Source: the human T2T-CHM13v2.0 reference genome, Homo sapiens. Taken from it: a DNA stretch of 64,000 nt. A model generated the notes under the pieces. The model was not told where the DNA came from, did not search any database, and saw only the letters and a list, made by a program, of their open reading frames with translations. How positions within the stretch are numbered: position 1 is the first letter of the stretch; each line of letters opens with the position of its first letter. Made by a program: the position numbers and the translations under genes. The stretch lies in assembly GCF_009914755.1 (NCBI RefSeq), contig NC_060946.1. One strand, given 5' to 3'. This document shows, in pieces, positions 28,401-42,600 of the stretch.

Positions 28401-31400
28401 TACAGGGTACTTTGTGACATATCCCTGCACTGATCACCCAGGTGATTTAACTCTGGTCTAAGCTCTGCCTAAAGGGGCATTGTGACAGATTTCTGCACTG
28501 ATCACTCTGGTGATGTAAGTATTGTCTAGGCTCTGCTTCAAGGGGCCTTGTCACATATCTCTGCACTGATCACCCAGGTGATGTAACTCTTGTCTAGGCT
28601 CTGCTTCCAGGGCTTATTGTGACATATCTATGCACTGATCACCTTAGTGATGTAACACTTTGGTAGGCTCGGCCTACAGGGGAATCTTGACATATCTCTG
28701 CACTGTTAACCGAGGTGATTTAACTCTTGTCTAGGCTGTGCCCACAGGGGGATTGAGACATATCTCTGCACTGATCCCGAGGTGATACAACTCTTGCCTG
28801 GTCTCTGCCTACTGTGGACATTGGGACATATCTCTGCACTGATCTCCCAGGTGCTGTAACTTTAGTCTAGGCTCTGGCTACACGGCATTGTGACATATCA
28901 CTGCACTGATCACCCAGGCGATATAACTCTTCTCTAGGATCTGACCACAGGGTGCTTTGTGACATATCCCTGCAATGATCACCCAGGTGATATACCACTT
29001 GCCAAGGCTCTGCCTACAGGGGCATTGCAATGTATCTCTGCACTGATCACCTAGGTCTTGTAGCTATTTTCTAGGATCTGCCTACAGGGTGCTTTGTGAG
29101 GTGTCCCAGCAAGGATTACCCAGGTGATGTACCTCTCATCAAGGCTCTGCCTACAGGCACATTTTGATGTATCTCTGTACTGATCACCTCGGTCATGTAA
29201 CTTTTTTCTAGGCTCTACCTACGATGGCATTGTGACATATCTCTGCACTAATCATCCAAGTGATGTAACGCTTGTCTAGGATGTGCCTAAATTAACTTTT
29301 TGACATAACCCTGTACTGATCATCCAGGTGATGGAGCTTTTGTCTAGGCTCTGCCTAAGGGGGCATTGTGACATATTTCTGCATTGATCACACAGGTGGC
29401 GAACTCTTCTCTCGGATCTGCCTATGGGTGCATTGTGAGAAATCTCTGCACTGATCACCCAGGTGATGTAACTGTTGTGTAACCTCTGCCTACAGGGGAA
29501 TTGTGAGAGATCTCGTCACTGATTACCCAAGTGATGTAACCATTGTCTAGGCTTTGCGTACAGGGGGCTTTGTGACATACCTTTGCACTGATCACCCAGG
29601 TGGTGTAACACATCTAAGTTCGGCCTAAAGGAGCTTTGTGACATATCTCTGCACTGATCACTTAGGTGATGTAACACTTTTATAATCACTGCCTACAGGG
29701 AATTTTGACAAATCTCTGCACTGATCACCTAGGTGATGTAACTCTTGCCTACCCTCTGTCCAACGGGGCATTGTGAAATATCTCTACACTGATCACCCAG
29801 GTGATTCAACTCTTGACTAGGAACTGCCTACAGAGGTTATTGTGAAATATGTCTGCACTGATAAACTAGGTGGTGTAACCCTTGTCCAAGCTCTGCCTAC
29901 AGGGTCGTTTCCACATATCCCTGAACTGATGACAAAGGTGATGTAATTCTTGCCTAGGCTTTGCCTACAGGGAACATTGGACATATATCTGCACTGATCA
30001 CGCAGGTGATGCAACTCTTGCCTAGGCTTTGCCTACAGGGGCATTGTGACATATCTCTTCAATGATCACTCATGTGATGCATCTCTTGCCTAGGCTTTGC
30101 CTACAGGGGACATTGTGACATATCTCTGCACTGATCTCCCAGGTGCTGTAACTTTAGTCTAGGCTCTGGCTACACGGCATGGTGACCTACCTCTGCACTG
30201 ATCACCCAGGTGATATAACTCTTCTCTAGGATCTGCCTACAGGTTATTTTGTGACATATACCTGCACTGATCACCCAGGTGATTTAACTCTGGTCTAAGC
30301 TCTGCCTAAAGGGGCATTGTGACAGATCTCTGCACTGATCACTCTGGTGATGTAAGTATTGTCTAGGCTCTGCTTCAAGGGGCCTTGTCACATATCTCTG
30401 CACTGATCACCCAGGTGATGTAACTCTTGTCTAGGCTCTGCTTCCAGGGCATATTGTGACATATCTATGCACTGATCACCTTAGTGATGTAACACTTTGG
30501 TAGGCTCGGCCTACAGGGGAATCTTGACATATCTCTGCACGGTTAACCGAGGTGATTTAACTCTTGTCTAGGCTGTGCCCACATGGGGATTGAGACATAT
30601 CTCTGCACTGATCCCGAGGTGATACAACTCTTGCCTGGTCTCTGCCTACTGTGGACATTGGGACATATCTCTGCACTGATCTCCCAGGTGCTGTAACTTT
30701 AGTCTAGGCTCTGGCTACACGGCATTGTGACATATCACTGCACTGATCACCTAGGCGATATAACTCTTCTGTAGGATCTGACCACAGGGTGCTTTGTGAC
30801 ATATCCCTGCAATGATCACCCAGGTGATATACCACTTGCCAAGGCTCTGCCTACAGGGGCATTGCAATGTATCTCTGCACTGATCACCTAGGTCTTGTAG
30901 CTATTTTCTAGGATCTGCCTACAGGGTGCTTTGTGACGTGTCCCAGCAAGGATTACCCAGGTGATGTACCTCTCATCAAGGCTCTGCCTACAGGCACATT
31001 GTGATGTATCTCTGTACTGATCACCTCGGTCATGTAACTTTTTTCTAGGCTCTACCTACGATGGCATTGTGACATATCTCTGCACTAATCATCCAAGTGA
31101 TGTAACACTTGTCTAGGATGTGCCTAAATTAACTTTTTGACATAACCCTGTACTGATCATCCAGGTGATGGAGCTTTTGTCTAGGCTCTGCCTAAGGGGG
31201 CATTGTGACATATTTCTGCATTGATCACCCAGGTGGCGAACTCTTCTCTCGGATCTGCCTATGGGGGCATTGTGAGAAATCTCTGCACTGATCACCCAGG
31301 TGATGTAACTGTTGTGTAACCTCTGCCTACAGGGGAATTGTGAGAGATCTCGTCACTGATTACCCAAGTGATGTAACCATTGTCTAGGCTTTGCGTACAG

Positions 31401-33490
31401 GGGGCTTTGTGACATACCTTTGCACTGATCACCCAGGTGATGTAACACATCTAAGTTCGGCCTAAAGGAGCTTTGTGACATATCTCTGCACTGATCACTT
31501 AGGTGATGTAACACTTTTATAATCACTGCCTACAGGGAATTTTGACAAATCTCTGCACTGATCACCTAGGTGATGTAACTCTTGTCTACCCTCTGTCCAA
31601 CGGGGCATTGTGAAATATCTCTACACTGAACACCCAGGTGATTCAACTCTTGACTAGGAACTGCCTACAGAGGTTATTGTGAAATATCTCTGCACTGATA
31701 AACTATGTGGTGTAACCCTTGTCCAAGCTCTGCCTACATGGTCGTTTCCACATATCCCTGAACTGATGACAAAGGTGATGTAAATCTTGCCTAGGCTTTG
31801 CCTACAGGGAACATTGGACATATATCTGCACTGATCACCCAGGTGATGCAACTCTTGCCTAGGCTTTGCCTACAGGGGCATTGTGACATATCTCTTCAAT
31901 GATCACTCATGTGATGCATCTCTTGCCTAGGCTTTGCCTACAGGGGACATTGTGACATATCTCTGCACTGATCTCCCAGGTGCTGTAAATTTAGTCTAGG
32001 CTCTGGCTACACGGCATTGTGACCTACCTCTGCACTGATCACCCAGGTGATATAACTCTTCTCTAGGATCTGCCTACAGGGTACTTTGTGACATATCCCT
32101 GCACTGATCACCCAGGTGATTTAACTCTGGTCTAAGCTCTGCCTAAAGGGGCATTGTGACAGATCTCTGCACTGATCACTCTGGTGATGTAAGTATTGTC
32201 TAGGCTCTGCTTCAAGGGGCCTTGTCACATATCTCTGCACTGATCACCCAGGTGATGTAACTCTTGTCTAGGCTCTGCTTCCAGGGCATATTGTGACATA
32301 TCTATGCACTGATCACCTTAGTAATGTAACACTTTGGTAGGCTCGGCCTACAGGGGAATCTTGACATATCTCTTCACTGTTAACCGAGGTGATTTAACTC
32401 TTGTCTAGGCTGTGCCCACAGGGGGATTGAGACATATCTCTGCACTGATCCCGAGGTGATACAACTCTTGCCTGGTCTCTGCCTACTGTGGACATTGGGA
32501 CATATCTCTGCAGTGATCTCCCAGGTGCTGTAACTTTAGTCTAGGCTCTGGCTACACGGCATTGTGACATATCACTGCACTGATCACTCAGGCGATATAT
32601 CTCTTCTCTAGGATCTGACCACAGGGTGCTTTGTGACATATCCCTGCAATGATCACCCAGGTGATACACCACTTGCCAAGGCTCTGCCTACAGGGGCATT
32701 GCAATGTATCTCTGCACTGATCACCTAGGTCTTGTAGCTATTTTCTAGGATCTGCCTACAGGGTGCTTTGTGACGTGTCCCAGCAAGGATTACCCAGGTG
32801 ATGTACCTCTCATCAAGGCTCTGCCTACAGGCACATTGTGATGTATCTCTGCACTGATCACCTCGGTCATGTAACTTTTTTCTAGGCTCTACCTACGATG
32901 GCATTGTGACATATCTCTGCACTAATCATCCAAGTGATGTAACTCTTGTCTAGGATGTGCCTAAATTAACTTTTTGACATAACCCTGTACTGATCATCCA
33001 GGTGATGGAGCTTTTGTCTAGGCTCTGCCTAAGGGGGCATTGTGACATATTTCTGCATTGATCACCCCGGTGACGAACTCTTCTCTCGGATCTGCCTATG
33101 GGGGCATTGTGAGAAATCTCTGCACTGATCACCCAGGTGATGTAACTGTTGTGTAACCTCTGCCTACAGGGGAATTGTTAGAGATATCGTCACTGATTAC
33201 CCAAGTGATGTAACCATTGTCTAGGCTTTGCGTACAGGGGGCTTTGTGACATAACTTTGCACTGATCACCCAGGTGATGTAACACATCTAAGTTCGGCCT
33301 AAAGGAGCTTTGTGACATATCTCTGCACTGATCACTTAGGTGATGTAACACTTTTATAATCACTGCCTACAGGGAATTTTGACAAATCTCTGCACTGATC
33401 ACCTAGGTGTTGTAACTTTTGTCTACCCTCTGTCCAACGGGGCATTGTGAAATCTCTCTGCACTGATCACCCAGGTGATTCAACTCTTGA

Positions 33491-34783
33491 CTAGGATCTG
33501 CCCACAGAGGTTATTGTGAAATATCTCTACACTGATAAACTAGGTGGTGTAACCCTTGTCCAAGCTCTGCCTACAGGCGCGTTTCCACATATCCCTGAGC
33601 TGATGACAAAGGTGATGTAACACTTGCCTAGGCTTTGCCTACAGGGAACATTGGACATATATCTGCACTGATCACCCAAGTGATGCAACACTTGCCTAGG
33701 CTTTGCCTACAGGGGACATTGTGACATATCTCTTCAATGATCACTCATGTGATGCATCTCTTGCCTAGGCTTTGCCTACAGGGGACATTGTGACATATCT
33801 CTGCACTGATCTCCCAGGTGCTGTAACTTTAGTCTAGGCTCTGGCTACACGGCATTGTGACATATCACTGCACTGATCACCCAGGCGATATAACTCTTCT
33901 CTAGGATCTGACCACAGGGTGCTTTGTGACATATCCCTGCAATGATCACCCAGGTGATATACCACTTTCCAAGGCTCTGCCTACAGGGGCATTGCAATGT
34001 ATCTCTGCACTGATCACCTAGGTCTTGTAGCTATTTTCTAGGATCTGCCTACAGGGTGCTTTGTGACGTGTCCCAGCAAGGATTACCCAGGTGATGTACC
34101 TCTCATCAAGGCTCTGCCTACAGGCACATTGTGATGTATCTCTGCACTGATCACCTAGGTCATGTAACTTTTTTCTAGGCTCTACCTACGATGGCATTGT
34201 GTCATATCTCTGCACTAATCATCCAAGTGATGTAACTCTTGTCTAGGATGTGCCTAAATTAACTTTTTGACATAACCCTGTACTGATCATCCAGGTGATG
34301 GAGCTTTTGTCTAGGCTCTGCCTAAGGGGGCATTGTGACATATTTCTGCATTGATCACCCAGGTGGCGAACTCTTCTCTCGGATCTGCCTATGGGGGCAT
34401 TGTGAGAAATCTCTGCACTGATCACCCAGGTGATGAAACTGTTGTGTAACCTCTGCCAACAGGGGAATTGTGAGAGATCTCGTCACTGATTACCCAAGTG
34501 ATGTAACCATTGTCTAGGCTTTGCGTACAGGGGGCTTTGTGACATACCTTTGCACTGATCACCCAGGTGATGTAACACATCTAAGTTCGGCCTAAAGGTG
34601 CTTTGTGACATATCTCTGCACTGATCACTTAGGTGATGTAACACTTTTATAATCACTGCCTACAGGGAATTTTGACAAATCTCTGCACTGATCACCTAGG
34701 TGATGTAACTCTTGTCTACCCTCTGTCCAACGGGGCATTGTGAAATATCTCTGCACTGATCACCCAGGTGATTCAACTCTTGA
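33491..34783 (+). repeat. Truncated 19-monomer HOR unit (1293 bp)
   Basis: Landmark spacing is 1293. The monomers containing GTAAGTATTG, GCTTCAAGGGGCC, GTTAACCGAGG and CTACTGTGGAC are absent. The junction lies at about 33783-33880. Confidence 0.92.
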
Positions 34784-36620
34784 CTAGGAACTGCCTACAG
34801 AGGTTATTGTGAAATATCTCTGCACTGATAAACTAGGTGGTGTAACCCTTGTCCAAGCTCTGCCTACAGGGTCGTTTCCACATATCCCTGAACTGATGAC
34901 AATGGTGATGTAACTCTTGCCTAGGCTTTGCCTACAGGGAACATTGGACATATATCTGCACTGATCACCCCGGTGATGCAACTCTTGCCTAGGCTTTGCC
35001 TACAGGGAACATTGTGACATATCTCTTCAATGATCACTCATGTGATGTATCTCTTGCCTAGGCTTTGCCTAAAGGGGACATTGTGACATATCTCTGCACT
35101 GATCTCCCAGGTGCTGTAACTTTAGTCTAGGCTCTGGCTACACGGCATTGTGACCTACCTCTGCACTGATCACCCAGGTGATATAACTCTTCTCTAGGAT
35201 CTGCCTACAGGGTACTTTGTGACATATCCCTGCACTGATCACCCAGGTGATTTAAGTCTGGTCTAAGCTCTCCCTAAGGGGGATTGTGACAGATCTCTGC
35301 ACTGATCACTCTGGTGATGTAAGTATTGTCTAGGCTCTGCTTTAAGGGGCCTTGTCACATATCTCTGCACTGATCACCCAGGTGATGTAACTCTTGTCTA
35401 GGCTCTGCTTCCAGGGCATATTGTGACATATCTATGCACTGATCACCTTAGTGATGTAACACTTTGGTAGGCTCGGCCTACAGGGGAATCTTGACATATC
35501 TCTGCACTGTTAACCGAGGTGATTTAACTCTTGTCTAGGCTGTGCCCACAGGGGGATTGAGACATATCTCTGCACTGATCCCGTGGTGACACAACTCTTG
35601 CCTGGTCTCTGCCTACTGTGGACATTGAGACATATCTCTGCACTGATCTCCCAGGTGCTGTAACTTTAGTCTAGGCTCTGGCTACACGGCATTGTGACAT
35701 ATCACTGCACTGATAACCCAGGCGATACAACTCTTCTCTAGGATCTGACCACAGGGTGCTTTGTGACATCTCCCTACAATGATCACCCAGGTGATCTACC
35801 ACTTGCCAAGGCTCTGCCTACAGGGGCATTGCAATGTATCTCTGCACTGATCACCTAGGTCTCGTAGCTATTTTCTAGGATCTGCCTACAGGGTGCTTTG
35901 TGACGTGTCCCAGCAAGGATTACCCAGGTGATGTACCTCTCATCAAGGCTCTGCCTACAGGCACATTGTGATGTATCTCTGCACTGATCACCTAGCTCAT
36001 GTAACTTTTTCCTAGGCTCTACCTACGATGGCATTGTGACATATCTCTGCACTAATCATCCAAGTGATGTAACTCTTGTCTAGGATGTGCCTAAATTAAC
36101 TTTTTGACATAACCCTGTACTGATCATCCAGGTGATGGAGCTTTTGTCTAGGCTCTGCCTAAGGGGGCATTGTGACATATTTCTGCATTGATCACCCAGG
36201 TGGCGAACTCTTCTCTCGGATCTGCCTATGGGGGCATTGTGAGAAATCTCTGCACTGATCACCCAGGTGATGTAACTGTTGTGTAACCTCTGCCTACAGG
36301 GGAATTGTGAGAGATCTCGGCAATGATTACCCAAGGGATGTAACCGATGTCTAGGCTTTGCATACAGGGGGCTTTGTGACATACCTTTGCACTGATCACC
36401 CAGGTGATGTAACACATCTAAGTTCGGCCTAAAGGAGCTTTGTGACATATCTCTGCACTGATCACTTAGGTGATGTAACACTTTTGTAATCACTGCCTAC
36501 AGGGAATTTTGACAAATCTCTGCACTGATCACCTAGGTGATGTAACACTTGTCTACCCTCTGTCCAACGGGGCATTGCGTAATATCTCTGCACTGATCAC
36601 CCAGGTGATTCAACTCTTGA

Positions 36621-39600
36621 CTAGGAACTGCCTACAGAGGTTATTGTGAAATATCTCTGCACTGATAAACTAGGTGGTGTAAACCTTGTCCAAACTCTGC
36701 CTACAGGGGCGTTTCCACATATCCCTGAAGTGATGACAAAGGTGATGTAACTCTTGCCTAGGCTTTGCCTACAGGGAACATTGGACATATATCTGCACTG
36801 ATCACCCAGGTGATGCAACTCTTGCCTTGGCTTTGCCTACAGGGGACATCGTGACATATCTCTTCAATGATCTCTCATGTGATGCATCTCTTGCCTAGGC
36901 TTTGCCTACAGGGGACATTGTGACATATCTCTGCACTGATCTCTCAGGTGCTGTAACTTTAGTCTAGGCTGTGGCTACACGGCATTGTGACATATCACTG
37001 CACTGATCAACCAGGTGATATAACTCTTGTATAGGCTCTGCCTACAGGGGGATTGTGACCTACCTCTGCATTGATCACCCAGCTGATATAACTCTTCTCT
37101 AGGATCTGCTTAGAGGGTACTTTGTGACATATCCCTGCACTGATCACCCAGGTGATCTAACTCTGGTCTAAGCTCTGCCTAAACGGGCATTGTGACAGAT
37201 CTCTGCACTGATCACTCTGGTGATGTAAGTATTTTCTAGGCTCTGCTTCAAGGGGCCTTGTCACATATCTCTGCACTGATCACCCAGGTGATGTAACTCT
37301 TGTCTAGGCTCTGCTTCCAGGGCATATTGTGACATATCTATGCACTGATCACCTTAGTGATGTAACACTTTGGTAGGCTCGGCCTACAGGGGAATCTTGA
37401 CATATCTCTGCACTGTTAACCGAGGTGATTTAACTCTTGTCTAGGCTGTGCCCACAGGGGGATTGAGACATATCTCTGCACTGATCCCGTGGTGACACAA
37501 CTCTTGCCTGGTCTCTGCCTACTGTGGACATTGAGACATATCTCTGCACTGATCTCCCAGGTGCTGTAACTTTAGTCTAGGCTCTGGCTACACGGCATTG
37601 TGACATATCACTGCACTGATAACCCAGGCGATACAACTCTTCTCTAGGATCTGACCACAGGGTGCTTTGTGACATCTCCCTACAATGATCACCCAGGTGA
37701 TCTACCACTTGCCAAGGCTCTGCCTACAGGGGCATTGCAATGTATCTCTGCACTGATCACCTAGGTCTCGTAGCTATTTTCTAGGATCTGCCTACAGGGT
37801 GCTTTGTGACGTGTCCCAGCAAGGATTACCCAGGTGATGTACCTCTCATCAAGGCTCTGCCTACAGGCACATTGTGATGTATCTCTGCACTGATCACCTA
37901 GCTCATGTAACTTTTTCCTAGGCTCTACCTACGATGGCATTGTGACATATCTCTGCACTAATCATCCAAGTGATGTAACTCTTGTCTAGGATGTGCCTAA
38001 ATTAACTTTTTGACATAACCCTGTACTGATCATCCAGGTGATGGAGCTTTTGTCTAGGCTCTGCCTAAGGGGGCATTGTGACATATTTCTGCATTGATCA
38101 CCCAGGTGGCGAACTCTTCTCTCGGATCTGCCTATGGGGGCATTGTGAGAAATCTCTGCACTGATCACCCAGGTGATGTAACTGTTGTGTAACCTCTGCC
38201 TACAGGGGAATTGTGAGAGATCTCGGCAATGATTACCCAAGGGATGTAACCGATGTCTAGGCTTTGCATACAGGGGGCTTTGTGACATACCTTTGCACTG
38301 ATCACCCAGGTGATGTAACACATCTAAGTTCGGCCTAAAGGAGCTTTGTGACATATCTCTGCACTGATCACTTAGGTGATGTAACACTTTTGTAATCACT
38401 GCCTACAGGGAATTTTGACAAATCTCTGCACTGATCACCTAGGTGATGTAACACTTGTCTACCCTCTGTCCAACGGGGCATTGCGTAATATCTCTGCACT
38501 GATCACCCAGGTGATTCAACTCTTGACTAGGAACTGCCTACAGAGGTTATTGTGAAATATCTCTGCACTGATAAACTAGGTGGTGTAAACCTTGTCCAAA
38601 CTCTGCCTACAGGGGCGTTTCCACATATCCCTGAAGTGATGACAAAGGTGATGTAACTCTTGCCTAGGCTTTGCCTACAGGGAACATTGGACATATATCT
38701 GCACTGATCACCCAGGTGATGCAACTCTTGCCTTGGCTTTGCCTACAGGGGACATCGTGACATATCTCTTCAATGATCTCTCATGTGATGCATCTCTTGC
38801 CTAGGCTTTGCCTACAGGGGACATTGTGACATATCTCTGCACTGATCTCTCAGGTGCTGTAACTTTATTCTAGGCTCTGGCTACACGGCATTGTGACATA
38901 TCACTGCACTGATCAACCAGGTGATATAACTCTTGTATAGGCTCTGCCTACAGGGGGATTGTGACCTACCTCTGCATTGATCACCCAGCTGATATAACTC
39001 TTCTCTAGGATCTGCTTAGAGGGTACTTTGTGACATATCCCTGCACTGATCACCCAGGTGATCTAACTCTGGTCTAAGCTCTGCCTAAACGGGCATTGTG
39101 ACAGATCTCTGCACTGATCACTCTGGTGATGTAAGTATTTTCTAGGCTCTGCTTCAAGGGGCCTTGTCACATATCTCTGCACTGATCACCCAGGTGATGT
39201 AACTCTTGTCTAGGCTCTGCTTCCAGGGCATATTGTGACATATCTATGCACTGATCACCTTAGTGATGTAACACTTTGGTAGGCTCGGCCTACAGGGGAA
39301 TCTTGACATATCTCTGCACTGTTAACCGAGGTGATTTAACTCTTGTCTAGGCTGTGCCCACAGGGGGATTGAGACATATCTCTGCACTGATCCCCAGGTG
39401 ATACAACTCTTGCCTGGTCTCTGCCTACTGTGGACATTGTGACATATCTCTGCACTGATCTCCCAGGTGCTGTAACTTTAGTCTAGGCTCTGGCTATACG
39501 GCATTGTGACATATCACTGCACTGATCACCCAGGAGATATAACTCTTCTCTAGGATCTGACCACAGGGTGCTTTGTGACATATCCCTGCAATGATCACCC

Positions 39601-42600
39601 AGGTGATATACCACTTGCCAAGGCTCTGCCTACAGGGGCATTGCAATGTATCTCTGCACTGATCACCTAGGTCTTGTAGCTATTTTCTAGGATCTGTCTA
39701 CAGGGTGCTTTGTGACGTGTCCCAGCAAGGATTACCCAGGTGATGTACCTCTCATCAAGGCTCTGCCTACAGGCACATTGTGATGTATCTCTGCACTGAT
39801 CACCTAGGTCATTTAACTTTTTTCTAGGCTCTACCTACGATGGCATTGTGACATATCTCTGCACTAATCATCCAAGTGATGTAACTCTTGTCTAGGATGT
39901 GCCTAAATTAACTTTTTGACATAACCCTGTACTGATCATCCAGGTGATGGAGCTTTTGTCTAGGCTCTGCCTAAGGGGGCATTGTGACGTATTTCTGCAT
40001 TGATCACCCAGGTGGCGAACTCTTCTCTCGGGTCTGCCTATGGGGGCATTGTGAGAAATCTCTGCACTGATAACCCAGGTGATGTAACTGTTGTGTATCC
40101 TCTGCCTACAGGGGAATTGTGAGAGATCTCGTAACTGATTACCCAAGTGATGTAACCGTTGTCTAGGCTTTGCATACAGGGGGCTTTGTGACATACATTT
40201 GCACTGATCACCCAGGTGATGTAACACATCTAAGTTCGGCCTAAAGGAGCTTTGTGACATATCTCTGCACTGATCACTTAGGTGATGTAACACTTTTATA
40301 ATCACTGCCTACAGGGAATTTTGACAAATCTCTGCACTGATCACCTAGGTGATGTAACTCTTGTCTACCCTCTGTGCAACGGGGCCTTGTGAAATATCTC
40401 TGCACTGATCACCCAGGTGATTCAACTCTTGACTAGGAACTGCCTACAGAGGTTATTGTGAAATATCTCTGCACTGATAAACTAGGTGGTGTAAACCTTG
40501 TCCAAGCTCTGCCTACAGGGGCGTTTCCACATATCCCTGAACTGATGACAAAGGTGATGTAACTATTGCCTAGGCTTTGCCTACAGGGAACATTGGACAT
40601 ATATCTGCACTGATCACCCAGGTGATGCAACTCTTGCCTTGGCTTTGCCTACAGGGGACATCGTGACATATCTCTTCAATGATCTCTCATGTGATGCATC
40701 TCTTGCCTAGGCTTTGCCTACAGGGGACATTGTGACATATCTCTGCACTGATCTCTCAGGTGCTGTAACTTTAGTCTAGGCTCTGGCTACACGGCATTGT
40801 GACATATCACTGCACTGATCAACCAGGTGATATAACTCTTGTATAGGCTCTGCCTACAGGGGGATTGTGACCTACCTCTGCATTGATCACCCAGGTGATA
40901 TAACTCTTCTCTAGGATCTGCTTAGAGGGTACTTTGTGACATATCCCTGCACTGATCACCCAGGTGATCTAACTCTGGTCTAAGCTCTGCCTAAACGGGC
41001 ATTGTGACAGATCTCTGCACTGATCACTCTGGTGATGTAAGTATTTTCTAGGCTCTGCTTCAAGGGGCCTTGTCACATATCTCTGCACTGATCACCCAGG
41101 TGATGTAACTCTTGTCTAGGCTCTGCTTCCAGGGCATATTGTGACATATCTATGCACTGATCACCTTAGTGATGTAACACTTTGGTAGGCTCGGCCTACA
41201 GGGGAATCTTGACATATCTCTGCACTGTTAACCGAGGTGATTTAACTCTTGTCTAGGCTGTGCCCACAGGGGGATTGAGACATATCTCTGCACTGATCCC
41301 CAGGTGATACAACTCTTGCCTGGTCTCTGCCTACTGTGGACATTGTGACATATCTCTGCACTGATCTCCCAGGTGCTGTAACTTTAGTCTAGGCTCTGGC
41401 TATACGGCATTGTGACATATCACTGCACTGATCACCCAGGAGATATAACTCTTCTCTAGGATCTGACCACAGGGTGCTTTGTGACATATCCCTGCAATGA
41501 TCACCCAGGTGATATACCACTTGCCAAGGCTCTGCCTACAGGGGCATTGCAATGTATCTCTGCACTGATCACCTAGGTCTTGTAGCTATTTTCTAGGATC
41601 TGTCTACAGGGTGCTTTGTGACGTGTCCCAGCAAGGATTACCCAGGTGATGTACCTCTCATCAAGGCTCTGCCTACAGGCACATTGTGATGTATCTCTGC
41701 ACTGATCACCTAGGTCATTTAACTTTTTTCTAGGCTCTACCTACGATGGCATTGTGACATATCTCTGCATTAATCATCCAAGTGATGTAACTCTTGTCTA
41801 GGATGTGCCTAAATTAACTTTTTGACATAACCCTGTACTGATCATCCAGGTGATGGAGCTTTTGTCTAGGCTCTGCCTAAGGGGGCATTATGACATATTT
41901 CTGCATTGATCACCCAGGTGGCGAACTCTTCTCTCGGATCTGCCTCTGGGGGCATTGTGAGAAATCTCTGCACTGATCACCCAGGTGATGTAACTGTTGT
42001 GTAACCTCTGCCTACAGGGGAATTGTGAGAGATCTCGTCACTGATTACCCAAGTGATGTAACCGTTGTCTAGGCTTTGCGTACAAGGGGCTTTGTGACAT
42101 ACCTTTGCACTGATCACCCAGGTGATGTAACACATCTAAGTTCGGCCTAAAGGAGCTTTGTGACATATCTCTGCACTGATCACTTAGGTGATGTAACACT
42201 TTTATAATCACTGCCTACAGGGAATTTTGACAAATCTCTGCACTGATCACCTAGGTGATGTAACTCTTGTCTACCCCCTGTCCAACGGGGCATTGTGAAA
42301 TATCTCTGCACTGATCACCCAGGTGATTCAACTCTTGACTAGGAACTGCCTACAGAGGTTATTGTGAAATATCTCTGCACTGATAAACTAGGTGGTGTAA
42401 CCCTTGTCCAAGCTCTGCCTACAGGGGCGTTTCCACATGTCCCTGAACTGATGACAGAGGTGATGTAACTCTTGCCTAGGCTTTGCCTACAGGGAATATT
42501 GGACATATATCTGCACTGATCACCCAGGTGATGCAACTCCTGCCTAGGCTTTGCCTACAGGGGACATTGTGACATATCTCTTCAATGATCACTCATGTGA

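Larger units (their letters stand above)
212..36620 (+). repeat. HOR domain dominated by the 27-monomer unit (1837-1838 bp), with three 28-mers and one 19-mer
   Basis: Landmark positions 212, 2050, 3956, 5793, 7630, 9467, 11304, 13142, 15048, 16886, 18724, 20562, 22468, 24306, 26143, 27980, 29817, 31654, 33491, 34784, 36621. Spacings are 1837/1838 (16 times), 1906 (3 times) and 1293 (once). 1838/68 is about 27. Confidence 0.93.
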
